Source of the DNA: a virus
Taxonomy: Duplodnaviria; Caudoviricetes
Strand: one strand, 5' to 3'
IMG/VR virus record: IMGVR_UViG_3300022074_005559
Length of the DNA stretch: 64,000 bases
Below, in pieces: positions 18,348 through 27,793 of this stretch; the first letter of the stretch is position 1, and each line of letters opens with the position of its first letter. Position numbers and translations under genes: made by a program. The notes below the pieces were generated by a model. The model did not search any database and was not told the DNA's origin. It was given only the letters and a program-made list of their open reading frames with translations.

Positions 18348-19375
18348 TGTATACAGATCTAAGTAACTACTTGTGCGGAAAAACACAACTACCTGTTCTA
18401 CCAAGTTCGATAGATATTGACTTGACTAACGTGTGTAATCAGGATTGTTTTTATTGCAATAGTGCAGACTTTAGAGCAAACTTCTTAACTACGCCAAACA
18501 AAGAAAGATTTATCGAACTTATAGATAGACTTGCAGATTGGCGTAGTCATACACCTTTGAGTGTAGGCACTGTGCGTAGCATTAACTTTACTGGCGGTGG
18601 GGAGCCTACTGTACACCCTCACTATCACGAAATCGTAGAGTACGCTATCGACAAAGGTTTTCTTGTAACTATGATTACTAATGCAAGTAAACTTGATAGA
18701 TTAGCAAAACACTTACCAAGAGAAAAAGCACAGCGTATCATTTGGATTGGTGTTGATGTAGACAGTGCAGTTGATACCACTTACGAACGTGTTAGACGTA
18801 GTATGACAACTTTTGATATGCTACCTAGAGTCAAAGAAAATATTAAACTTGCAGTAGATGCAGGTATTAATGTTGATATCAAAGCTCTGCTTATGAAAAA
18901 TAACACAAGCGATGCAGAACTACAAGCATTGTTTGATATGGTTAAAGACACAGGTGCAAGACAGTTACACATAAGACCTTTGTTTGATTTAGAAACACAA
19001 AAAATATTCGAAGTTACAGAAAGTCTAAAGCAAAAGATTAAAGCAATATCTACACTAACTAACGTAGAGTACAACTTGCCCGAAAACAGGAAAGAAACTA
19101 GAACCTATAGTAAATGCCATCAAATGTTTTTGTATACAATCTTTGCCGCTAATGGAGATGTAAATGTTTGTTGCGAAAGCAGAGGTGATCGTAGTTTTAC
19201 TATTGGCAACTGGCTAGAGCAAGATCCAAGAGATTTTTGGATGGGCGAACGGCATATGCAAGTATACAATAAAACTAACACTATGCTTTGCCCGCCTTGT
19301 AAACCTAACAAGATTAATAACATCATCCAGAAAGACATAGACAACGACGCTTTGCTTGAAAGGCAAATAATGTGA
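18347..19375 (+). CDS. radical SAM/SPASM protein
   Basis: CNQDCFYC, TGGGEP, ITNA; C-terminal CHQ...VCC...CPPC. Confidence 0.9.
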   Translation: MYTDLSNYLCGKTQLPVLPSSIDIDLTNVCNQDCFYCNSADFRANFLTTPNKERFIELIDRLADWRSHTPLSVGTVRSINFTGGGEPTVHPHYHEIVEYAIDKGFLVTMITNASKLDRLAKHLPREKAQRIIWIGVDVDSAVDTTYERVRRSMTTFDMLPRVKENIKLAVDAGINVDIKALLMKNNTSDAELQALFDMVKDTGARQLHIRPLFDLETQKIFEVTESLKQKIKAISTLTNVEYNLPENRKETRTYSKCHQMFLYTIFAANGDVNVCCESRGDRSFTIGNWLEQDPRDFWMGERHMQVYNKTNTMLCPPCKPNKINNIIQKDIDNDALLERQIM

Positions 19376-20298
19376 TTGTTGCTCGTAGTCCTTTGCGTGT
19401 TAGTTTTGCCGGCGGAGGTAGTGACCTTTCGCCGTTTGTAGATACCTATGGCGGTAGTAATCTTAATGCTACAATAGATAGATATGCATACTGTACAATA
19501 GAACCAGCAGACACTTATTCAACAAACGTACCTGAAATAGTGGACCATTGTGTGGACTATGTTTGCCCTCAAAGACCTCGCAGTAAAATCATACTACACA
19601 GCGACACAGAACAAGGCAGTGGACTTGGAAGCAGTAGTGCATTGGTTGTTGCATGCATGAAAGCACTAGGATATCAAGGCACACAAAAAGAGCTTGCTGA
19701 AGATGCAATCTATGTAGAACGTAAGTTGTGCGGATTTCCTGGTGGTAAACAAGATCAGTTTGCTACAGTATACGGCGGATTTAACTATATAGAGTTTGAC
19801 AAAGACGGCACTAATACTATCAGTCAGATTCATCTAAGCGACGAAGCCAAACGTAAACTTAACTATAGCCTAATATTATACAACATTGGTGTTAGCAGAA
19901 CAAACAACACAGTGCTAGATCGTAATATAGAAGGTCTTAAAAATAACACTGCAATGATTGAAAGCACAAAAGAGCTTGTGCAAAACTGTAGCGAAACACT
20001 TCAGTATTTGGTAACCGGAAACCTAAAGAAACTTGCATACAGTTTTGAAAAGAACTGGGAGATCAAAGCAGATTTGCATAGTGGTATTACTAGTAATCCG
20101 TTCGTCGAAGTCAAAGATACAGGAATCAAAAATGGTGCGTTAGGTAGTAAAATATGCGGTGCCGGAGGTGGTGGTCATATGATATTTGTAGTAGATCCGT
20201 TAGAACGACACAGCCTACTTAAAGCATTACAACCTTTGCCTGGACACGTTGAACATTTTTCGTTTACAAATACAGGATGTGAAAGTTGGGAACAATAG
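19372..20298 (+). CDS. GHMP sugar kinase (HddA-like heptose-7-phosphate kinase)
   Basis: PLRVSFAGGGSD, GSGLGSSSA, GKQDQ, KICGAGGGG. Confidence 0.85.
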   Translation: MIVARSPLRVSFAGGGSDLSPFVDTYGGSNLNATIDRYAYCTIEPADTYSTNVPEIVDHCVDYVCPQRPRSKIILHSDTEQGSGLGSSSALVVACMKALGYQGTQKELAEDAIYVERKLCGFPGGKQDQFATVYGGFNYIEFDKDGTNTISQIHLSDEAKRKLNYSLILYNIGVSRTNNTVLDRNIEGLKNNTAMIESTKELVQNCSETLQYLVTGNLKKLAYSFEKNWEIKADLHSGITSNPFVEVKDTGIKNGALGSKICGAGGGGHMIFVVDPLERHSLLKALQPLPGHVEHFSFTNTGCESWEQ

Positions 20299-20636
20299 AA
20301 GAACATCCTAAGGGCTGGGGCAGAGAACTTTGGATTGTAAACACCAATGGATATTGCGGAAAGATATTAGAGTTTGATGTAGGTAAACGTTGTAGTTTTC
20401 ACTATCACTTGCTAAAAGATGAGACATTTTATCTTCAAGAAGGCAGCATAGAACTACATACTAGTTGGGAAGATGACTTATCCAATGCAGAAAAAACCGT
20501 GTTAAAGCCAGGTGATAAGTATCATATACCACAAGGACTTAGACATCAAATGGTTGCACTAGAATCAAGTAAACTGTTTGAGTTTAGCACTACACATTAT
20601 GAATCAGATAGCTATCGAGTAGTCAAAGGCGACTAA
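20286..20636 (+). CDS. cupin (sugar isomerase-like)
   Basis: KGWGRELW, SFHYH..KDETFY, LRH cupin motifs. Confidence 0.75.
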   Translation: MGTIEEHPKGWGRELWIVNTNGYCGKILEFDVGKRCSFHYHLLKDETFYLQEGSIELHTSWEDDLSNAEKTVLKPGDKYHIPQGLRHQMVALESSKLFEFSTTHYESDSYRVVKGD

Positions 20637-21511
20637 TGAAAATCTCTACACATAACGAATGGGCACCTCTTAAAGAGGTAGTAGTTGGAATGGCAGCAGG
20701 TGCTAACAAGCCTGATGGTTGTCATTTTGAAAAGCCAGGTGCATACCCCGGACATGTTACTGCACAAGCAGACATGGACTTGGATCGCTTTGCTCGCACA
20801 CTAGAACAAGAAGGTGTAAAAGTACACAGACCCAAGTACAATAACTTTGCACAAACTGCTGGCATGTACAACTACTGCCCACGAGATAGACTGTTAGTAG
20901 TTGGTAATACTGTTGTTGATTGTAATATGCAATATCCATGCAGAGAACAAGAGAGCAGATACTATGATTTTGTTCTCAAAAGTGCAAAAAATGTGCTTAC
21001 AGTGCCTCGCAACAGTAGAGTATTTTTTGATGCAGCTAATGTTCTTAGGCTTAACAAAACATTACTTTATCTAGTAAGCCCAAGTGGCAACCGCCAGGGT
21101 GCAAAATGGTTGCAAAAACATTTTAAAGAGTATACAATAGAAATAACTGAAACATACAGTGGTATTCATATTGACAGTACATTTGCTCCTGTAGCAGATG
21201 GACTTGTTGTAGTAAACAAGGATCGTGTTACAAAGCGAACTTTACCACAATGTTTTAAAGATTGGGAGGTGATTTGGCTTGGTGCTGAAGATCTTCCGAA
21301 TAAGAGTTTTGCAGGGCAGGCTTTTGCCAGCAACTATATACTGCTTAACTTTTTTATGATCCGTCCTAACTTGGCGGTGATAGATGATGCGCCAAAACTT
21401 AAACAGGCGTTATCAGCAAATGGTGTTGACAGTTATACAATACCATTTACACACAGTCGTACACTTGGTGGTGGTCACCATTGTTGTACTTTAGATCTAC
21501 ATAGGAGATAA
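20636..21511 (+). CDS. amidinotransferase (StrB1/inosamine-phosphate amidinotransferase-like)
   Basis: HNEWAPLKEVVVG, NYCPRD, FDAAN, HIDST, LGGGHHCCTLDL. Confidence 0.85.
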   Translation: MKISTHNEWAPLKEVVVGMAAGANKPDGCHFEKPGAYPGHVTAQADMDLDRFARTLEQEGVKVHRPKYNNFAQTAGMYNYCPRDRLLVVGNTVVDCNMQYPCREQESRYYDFVLKSAKNVLTVPRNSRVFFDAANVLRLNKTLLYLVSPSGNRQGAKWLQKHFKEYTIEITETYSGIHIDSTFAPVADGLVVVNKDRVTKRTLPQCFKDWEVIWLGAEDLPNKSFAGQAFASNYILLNFFMIRPNLAVIDDAPKLKQALSANGVDSYTIPFTHSRTLGGGHHCCTLDLHRR

Positions 21512-21514
21512 AAT

Positions 21515-22804
21515 ATGTTAGAAAAAATGTTTGGACTTGCCAAAGCAGGAACCTCAGTTAAAACTGAAGTGATGGCTGGCATTGCAACATTCCTGACAAT
21601 GGCTTACATTACAGTAGTCAACCCTGCTATTCTTTCAACTGAAGGAACTGGTATGGCGTTTGGTGCTGTGTTTACTGCAACTATTATTGCGGCAGTAGTG
21701 GGCACATTGATTATGGGACTATGGGCAAACTGGCCCATTGCACTTGCACCTGGTATGGGACTTAATGCGTTCTTTGCTTTTGGTGTAGTGTTTGGTATGG
21801 GTTACACATATCAACAAGCACTTGCCGCTGTATTTGTAGCAGGTATTGTGTTTATTGCACTCAGTGTTACGCCGGCACGAAAGTACATTATTAATAGTAT
21901 TCCCAAGAGTATGAAACTGGGTATCGGTGCAGGCATTGGCTTGTTCCTTGCTATTATTGGACTCAAGAACGCTGGCGTTGTTGTAGATAATCCTGCGACA
22001 TTAGTTGGTCTAGGTGACGTTGCTAGTGTACCAGTATTGCTTGCAGGCTTAGGCTTTGCGATCATGGCAATCCTAGACAAGCGCGGAGTACCAGGAAGTA
22101 TTATCATTGGCATCCTTGCTACAAGTATTATTGCTTGGGTATTTGGTGTTTCTGATCTTGCTGGTGTAGTTGGTGCTATTCCTAGCCCAGAGCATGCATT
22201 TAGCATGGACTTTAGTTTGCTGTTCACAGCAGGCTTTATTGGAACTGCTTTTGCATTCTTGTTTGTTGACTTTATGGATACAGCAGGCACACTTACCAGT
22301 GTTGCTAACTTGACAGGAAAAGTGAACAAAGATGGCGAAGTAGAAGGCATTGATCGTGCATTGCTTGCTGACTCAGTTGCTACCTCAGTGGGTGCATTGG
22401 CAGGAACAAGTAACACTACTTCATACATTGAAAGTGGTGCAGGTGTCAAAGAAGGCGGACGTACAGGACTAACAGCAGTTGTTGTTGCTGGTTTATTCTT
22501 GTTGTGTTTGGTGTTTGCACCTCTAGCACAGAGCATTCCTGCATTTGCAACAGCACCTGCATTGGTGTTTATTGCAACATATTTCCTACGCAATATTGCA
22601 GATATTGCATGGGACGATGTAACAGAGTATGCACCTGCGGTTTTAGCAGCTATTATCATGCCACTAACATTTAGTATCGCATATGGTATTGCTATTGGTT
22701 TTATTGCTTATGTTGTTATTAAAGCACTAAGTGGTAACACCACAGACATTAACAAAGGCAGTGTTGCACTTGCCGCTGTTAGTGTACTCTACTTCTTGGT
22801 GTAA
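21515..22804 (+). CDS. NCS2/AzgA-family nucleobase (purine) permease
   Basis: Highly hydrophobic 429 aa; TFLTMAYI..VNP, APGMGLNAFF, DTAGT, SYIES..G...GGRTG, PLTFSIA. Confidence 0.9.
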   Translation: MLEKMFGLAKAGTSVKTEVMAGIATFLTMAYITVVNPAILSTEGTGMAFGAVFTATIIAAVVGTLIMGLWANWPIALAPGMGLNAFFAFGVVFGMGYTYQQALAAVFVAGIVFIALSVTPARKYIINSIPKSMKLGIGAGIGLFLAIIGLKNAGVVVDNPATLVGLGDVASVPVLLAGLGFAIMAILDKRGVPGSIIIGILATSIIAWVFGVSDLAGVVGAIPSPEHAFSMDFSLLFTAGFIGTAFAFLFVDFMDTAGTLTSVANLTGKVNKDGEVEGIDRALLADSVATSVGALAGTSNTTSYIESGAGVKEGGRTGLTAVVVAGLFLLCLVFAPLAQSIPAFATAPALVFIATYFLRNIADIAWDDVTEYAPAVLAAIIMPLTFSIAYGIAIGFIAYVVIKALSGNTTDINKGSVALAAVSVLYFLV

Positions 22805-23103
22805 TGACTGAGAAGCTCATACCAGGGGAGGCTCTTATATACGAGAGTTATAATGGCGTAGTTTACGCTAGGTATAGAGATCCTCCCCATAATGAAAAAC
22901 CTCGGTGGGTTGTCGGTGGCGATCCTCGAGGTTTTATTAATGGCACAAGTATACCCAGAGATAGAGTAGGATTAAGTGATTTCGACAACGTTATCCCGGA
23001 TTGGAAAATGTTGCAAGAATACCCTGCACTACAAAGAAAATATGTAGAATATTTACAACTACAAGAAAAGTATAAGACATGGGAGACTCTCAGTGGGAAA
23101 TGA
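22804..23103 (+). CDS. hypothetical phage protein
   Basis: 99 aa, TAATG-coupled; LIYES...VVYARY motif. Confidence 0.65.
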   Translation: MTEKLIPGEALIYESYNGVVYARYRDPPHNEKPRWVVGGDPRGFINGTSIPRDRVGLSDFDNVIPDWKMLQEYPALQRKYVEYLQLQEKYKTWETLSGK

Positions 23104-23353
23104 TGATTTTAGTTTAACATCAGCCGAAATCGAAAAGATTACACTGGATCTTGAAGAATGGGACAAAATGGCTTGTGCAGATGATTATATCAACGTAAGT
23201 ATTATCGATCCTATCTACCAAAGTGTACAAGAAACAGAACGTGAACTTAAAGAAAAACACCTCAGAGAGCAACACATAGACTTACAAAACGCATACAATG
23301 AGTACATAAAACTGTTAGCAAAGTACGACTTCTGGGAAACACTAAACAAATAG
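23093..23353 (+). CDS. hypothetical protein, C-terminally similar to the upstream ORF
   Basis: 86 aa; both ORFs end in a similar ...Y..L..KY..WETL.K tail. Confidence 0.6.
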   Translation: MGNDDFSLTSAEIEKITLDLEEWDKMACADDYINVSIIDPIYQSVQETERELKEKHLREQHIDLQNAYNEYIKLLAKYDFWETLNK

Positions 23354-23382
23354 GTTGACAAATCTTGCATTTTCGCTATACT
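23353..23382 (+). promoter_or_regulatory. GGTTGACA-N16-TATACT promoter
   Basis: TTGACA 23355-23360, 16 nt, TATACT 23377-23382, followed by TATAGTAA and SD AGGAG. Confidence 0.7.
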
Positions 23383-23409
23383 TGTATAGTAATAAGAGTG
23401 TAGGAGAGT

Positions 23410-26400
23410 TTGATGAAGATATTATCCAATACAGTTTTACTTGCTAGTTTCAGTGCTCTTGCCGCTTGTGGCGGTGGAGGCGGCGGCGGAGGCGGTGATA
23501 ACTATACTCCAATCTCTGTGTCCAGTTTAGGTAGTTTGAATACTACAAGTATTTCTAGTGGATTTGCTAGCGTAGTGCAACAAGTAAGTGAAGATGGACT
23601 TGTCACTGCACAGGAAACTGTTGAAATATTTAAGTGGGTGGATGCTAATCAAAATATCAACACTACTGAACTTGCGAAGTACACAGTAGATGTAAATGGC
23701 ACTACATACACACTGCAAGAAGCATGGCATATGCTCAAAGGCTACAAAGCTCTTTACTACGATGGCAAAGAAGACTTTTGGCAGGACATGATGAACACTG
23801 GCGAGTTTGATGATGCTAGCAATGATTATGTAGAACTAAAAGCTCTAGCACAACACGATGATCCTAACTATGCTAAGAAGATTGGCGAAGGTGCAAAAAG
23901 TGTTGATGATTTCAAACAAGACAAAAACGTTGTTACTCTAAGTAGCACTAACACAGACACTATTAACATCACAGGTGATGCAGTAGTTGGCGAACCTACA
24001 GTGACTACAACATACACAGATGCAACAGTAGATACAGTACTCGATGATGGACGCACACAACACGATGTAGTTCGTACATACACACATACCAGCAAAACTC
24101 CTAGCACAGTGCGTACTACAACTGTTACACAAAAGACCTACACATTCAGTGACGGTACTACAAAAGTTGAAAAACTTGCCGAAACACACAGCGATGCAAC
24201 TACATACACTACAACAATCAGCACAGAACAAAAAACTATTTCAACTACATATACTGCGGCGGCAAGCGAGCCAGACTCAGAAGATCCTGCAGAAGAAGAT
24301 ACAACAGAAGAAACTGTAGAAGTTACTGTTGTAAGCACAGATGTTAGTTATGGTGGTAAGACTTGGTTGCGGGTAGACAAGACCTACAGTGATCCTGTTG
24401 TGACTACACAAGACGTTGTAACATATGAAGGTAGTTATAAAGTTACAACTCGTGTTACAACAACTACAAAACAGCAGTGGCACGAACACTTTGACACACA
24501 GGTAAAAACTACACTAACAACCTACAGTGACGGCACTACTAAAACTGAGACCGAAACTGCGATTACTAGCCGCGGCAAAGTACAAAAGCCAGACATTGTT
24601 ACAACCAGCAGTGTTGAGATTGCTCGTGTTAACACTGACGATTATGTAGAAGAAAGTGACCATGCAGACATGGGCACACGCACTCCTGGTTATGTTGCAG
24701 ATGCAAGTCACTATCGTACAGATGAGTTTGCTTATATTAGCAATAAACAACTCAGCGTAAGTAACTTTGATGTTGCATACAGCCGAGGATGGACTGGTAA
24801 AGGTAGTACTATCGTTATTGCCGACACAGGTGCAAACACTGCACACACCGACTTGGATGGTAACATCAAGCATACAAAAGACTTTACTAACACAGGCGTA
24901 GCAACCAATGCAGACCACGGCACACACGTTGCAGGTATTGCGGGTGCAGAACGTAATGGTAGTGGTATGCATGGTGCGGCATTTGATGCAGACATTGCTA
25001 TTGCTAAAGTTGCTGGTGGATACTCTTACAGTTTTGCGAATGCAATCAAAGCGGCGGCTTGGGGTAACACTATAGACAGTGTTGCTATCAATGTTAGTGC
25101 AGAAGTACGTTATGACAGTGCTTTTCGCAACAGCATTGTAAAAACTGCGCCTGGCGAGTATCATAGCACACATTGGTACTATGGTGAAAATGGTTACAAC
25201 GGTGCTGTTATTGAAGCAGGCAAATGGAAAGCCGCACTTGGCGACGAGCAGGTACTTGTTAAGGCAGCAGGCAATGCAGGTTGGGATTACAGTGCTGGCA
25301 TGAACCAGATGGCTACTGCTACAGACGGCAATGGTAACCTAATACTTGATGGACAAATGATCATTGTTGGCAACTATGACGAAAACAACAAGAAGATCAA
25401 CGGTTCAAGCAACAAAGCAGGCACAGTTTGTACAACAATGAAAAATGGTGTGTGTATTGATGCTGCAAAGATCAAAGACTACTACATCATGGCAAATGGT
25501 ACTGCGATAACCAGTACTGCCGCTAACGGCGGCTATGTAACAATGAGTGGTACAAGTATGGCGGCTCCTGTTGTAACAGGTAGTATTGCTATACTGCATC
25601 AAATGTGGCCCTTTATGAAAGGCAAGCACTTGGTACAGTTGGTTTTGGTAACCGGCAATAAAGACATTGCAGGCTATAATGAAAATGTACATGGTCAAGG
25701 CTTGCTAGACATGGACGCCGCTACACGCCCTGTGGGTGCTACAGGCATTCCTACTACAGGACGTACAGATGGCGGCGTAAGCAATGTTGTAGGCGGTGCT
25801 AGCGTTGCAGGTGTAAGTGCAAGCAACTTGCAAGCACTGACTGGCGTAATGGTATTGGACAGTTTCGAACGTGACTTTTACATTGACCTAGGTGATATGG
25901 CACAGGATGTGGATACTCGTACTGCTAGTGTTGCACAGCAAATGGGTGCAGTAAACTACTTTGCAGGATACATGAATCCTAACCAACACATTGCAGTGCC
26001 TTATACACTAACCGAAAACAGCAATGTTACACTAGGTGTTGGTAAGAGTGATGAACATTACTTAGGCAACAGTTTTAGCGGCACACTTGGTACTACAGTA
26101 GATAGTAACACAGTGTATGCTAACTACAACTATCGCAACGGCGGCTTTTACGCACAAGCAGGACTTGGCGTAACAAATGTAAATATGGATAAGACAAACA
26201 GCATGCTTGTTGACGCAGGCACAGTGTTAAGTAGCACAGCAACAGTGGGCTACGAAGTTGTACCAACAGATGGACACACACTAGGGTTTGCTGTAAGTCA
26301 GCCTGTTACTGTTGAACGTGCAGAAATGCAGTACAAGATTCCTACTGGTCGTACTTTGGATGGGCGTGTAGAACACGAACTGCGTACAGTAGATTTCCGT

Positions 26401-26589
26401 AATACAGAACGTGAGATTGATTTAGGAACTTATTACAGTTTTGATATCACACGTACTGGCATCAAGCAAGTAGACCATGTTACTAACATGTTAGGCTTGC
26501 AAGGTGACGTCAGCACATTTGCAGAACTTCGCGGTCTGCAAAAAGAGATTGAAAAACGTGCTGGCGTGAATGTAAACTTAAAGTTCTAA
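23410..26589 (+). CDS. lipoprotein S8 (subtilisin-like) serine protease with Thr-rich stalk and beta-barrel-like C-terminus
   Basis: Lipobox LAAC followed by Gly9; catalytic IADTG, HGTHVAG, AAGN, SGTSMAAP; amphipathic C-terminal strands ending in Phe. Confidence 0.85.
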   Translation: MMKILSNTVLLASFSALAACGGGGGGGGGDNYTPISVSSLGSLNTTSISSGFASVVQQVSEDGLVTAQETVEIFKWVDANQNINTTELAKYTVDVNGTTYTLQEAWHMLKGYKALYYDGKEDFWQDMMNTGEFDDASNDYVELKALAQHDDPNYAKKIGEGAKSVDDFKQDKNVVTLSSTNTDTINITGDAVVGEPTVTTTYTDATVDTVLDDGRTQHDVVRTYTHTSKTPSTVRTTTVTQKTYTFSDGTTKVEKLAETHSDATTYTTTISTEQKTISTTYTAAASEPDSEDPAEEDTTEETVEVTVVSTDVSYGGKTWLRVDKTYSDPVVTTQDVVTYEGSYKVTTRVTTTTKQQWHEHFDTQVKTTLTTYSDGTTKTETETAITSRGKVQKPDIVTTSSVEIARVNTDDYVEESDHADMGTRTPGYVADASHYRTDEFAYISNKQLSVSNFDVAYSRGWTGKGSTIVIADTGANTAHTDLDGNIKHTKDFTNTGVATNADHGTHVAGIAGAERNGSGMHGAAFDADIAIAKVAGGYSYSFANAIKAAAWGNTIDSVAINVSAEVRYDSAFRNSIVKTAPGEYHSTHWYYGENGYNGAVIEAGKWKAALGDEQVLVKAAGNAGWDYSAGMNQMATATDGNGNLILDGQMIIVGNYDENNKKINGSSNKAGTVCTTMKNGVCIDAAKIKDYYIMANGTAITSTAANGGYVTMSGTSMAAPVVTGSIAILHQMWPFMKGKHLVQLVLVTGNKDIAGYNENVHGQGLLDMDAATRPVGATGIPTTGRTDGGVSNVVGGASVAGVSASNLQALTGVMVLDSFERDFYIDLGDMAQDVDTRTASVAQQMGAVNYFAGYMNPNQHIAVPYTLTENSNVTLGVGKSDEHYLGNSFSGTLGTTVDSNTVYANYNYRNGGFYAQAGLGVTNVNMDKTNSMLVDAGTVLSSTATVGYEVVPTDGHTLGFAVSQPVTVERAEMQYKIPTGRTLDGRVEHELRTVDFRNTEREIDLGTYYSFDITRTGIKQVDHVTNMLGLQGDVSTFAELRGLQKEIEKRAGVNVNLKF
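23990..24620 (+). repeat. degenerate internal Thr-rich repeats within the subtilase
   Basis: TYTFSDGTTK and TYSDGTTK (AGTGACGG at 24148 and 24526, 378 nt apart) within a Thr/Val-rich region. Confidence 0.55.
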
Positions 26590-26590
26590 A

Positions 26591-26767
26591 ATGATAAGCA
26601 AACCAGCAATAGTATTCGCACTAGAAAGCGAAATAAAACACGCAGAGTCATGCCTGCAACCGCATGACACAGGACACATAAACACAGCCATTGGTTGGAT
26701 GCAACATCGTGTCCGCGAACTTAAACAGGAACTAAAGGAACAACATGAAAAAGACATACATCAGTGA
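26591..26767 (+). CDS. small hypothetical protein (58 aa, not in ORF track)
   Basis: MISKPAIVFALESEIKHAESCLQPHDTGHINTAIGWMQHRVRELK...; fills the gap between the subtilase and the PRTase. Confidence 0.65.
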   Translation: MISKPAIVFALESEIKHAESCLQPHDTGHINTAIGWMQHRVRELKQELKEQHEKDIHQ

Positions 26768-27221
26768 ACAGCAAATCAAAAGTGGTGTACTAGACATCAT
26801 TAGACAAATGTTGCAGGATGACTGGCGTCCTGATTACATTGTAGGCATTACACGAGGCGGACTTATTCCTGCTGTATTGATGAGCCATTATACAGGCATC
26901 AAAATGCATACACTGGATGTCAGACTGCGTGATGGTGGAGAAGATGGTCCTGAATCTAATACATGGCTAGCTGAATATGCAAGCCAAGGTAAAAAAATTC
27001 TTGTGTTAGATGACATCAACGACACAGGAGAAACATTTAAGTGGATTGTGCAGGACTGGCAAGCCAGTGTTATTGACCATATTGATTGGGGCAACACAGT
27101 ACGTTTTGCGGCAATCATCGACAACGTTCCAAGTGAAATGGATGTAGAATACTCTAGCATGGAGATTAACAAGTTGGAAGATCCAAGTTGGATTGTATTT
27201 CCATTTGAGGAGTGGTGGTAA
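26745..27221 (+). CDS. type I phosphoribosyltransferase (xanthine/guanine PRT-like)
   Basis: VGITRGGLIPA, PRPP-binding LVLDDINDTGET, C-terminal WIVFPFE. Confidence 0.9.
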   Translation: MKKTYISEQQIKSGVLDIIRQMLQDDWRPDYIVGITRGGLIPAVLMSHYTGIKMHTLDVRLRDGGEDGPESNTWLAEYASQGKKILVLDDINDTGETFKWIVQDWQASVIDHIDWGNTVRFAAIIDNVPSEMDVEYSSMEINKLEDPSWIVFPFEEWW

Positions 27222-27793
27222 TGCTTATACAAGAACATCCAAACTTTGCTACGAAAGATGACCTAGCCGCTATTTGGGCAATCTGTGTTTGCAACGGGCC
27301 ATGGAGATTTGGACAAAAAAGTAATCCAGACACTTTGTATCCGATGTGGCATCAAGGATACTATGACAATAAAACTGAAGAATATCCAGAAGGTATACCT
27401 GACAATGTGATAGAGCTAGGTAAACGTTTTCTCGAACTATGTGGAGAAGATTACATACTAGTTCGTAACATGATGGCTGGTAATACTTTCGGACAAGATG
27501 GTGATATTCACAAGGACTGGTTGCATCCAGGAGAAAGTCTTACTGGTGTGATTTACCTAAATAGAAGATGGGAAGATAACTGGGGAGGCGAAACACTGGT
27601 ATACAGTGAAAATGGTTCTGCGGAGATAAGTAAATTCGAAGCAGGTAAACTCGCAATGTTTGATGGTTACTATGATCATATAGGTAAAGGTCCTCAACGT
27701 GCTTGTGGAGAACTACGTTGCATACTTGCTATACAGGCAGTCAAACGTGACGCATGGGAAAAACATCTTGACAACATGCGCAAAATATCATAA
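27221..27793 (+). CDS. 2OG-Fe(II) oxygenase (prolyl-4-hydroxylase-like)
   Basis: HKD, YLN..W...WGGET, distal His, LRC..A. Confidence 0.8.
   Translation: MLIQEHPNFATKDDLAAIWAICVCNGPWRFGQKSNPDTLYPMWHQGYYDNKTEEYPEGIPDNVIELGKRFLELCGEDYILVRNMMAGNTFGQDGDIHKDWLHPGESLTGVIYLNRRWEDNWGGETLVYSENGSAEISKFEAGKLAMFDGYYDHIGKGPQRACGELRCILAIQAVKRDAWEKHLDNMRKIS

Noticed and set aside
20636-21511. Amidinotransferase as archaeosine (dG+) synthase
   Set aside because: G+ is made from preQ0 by ArcS, QueF-L or Gat-QueC, which are unrelated folds; these proteins are GATM/StrB1-type, and no QueC is present to supply preQ0.
23470-23496. GGC-rich tract as phase-variable simple repeat
   Set aside because: Mixed synonymous Gly codons encoding the Gly9 linker after a lipobox; it is in frame and not a pure repeat.
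7729-25173. Long antisense ORFs (e.g. 7729-8439, 21811-22659, 24514-25173, 11272-11895)
   Set aside because: They shadow well-supported genes on the opposite strand, have no motifs or SD, and show low-complexity Cys/Ser/Ile composition typical of reverse frames.
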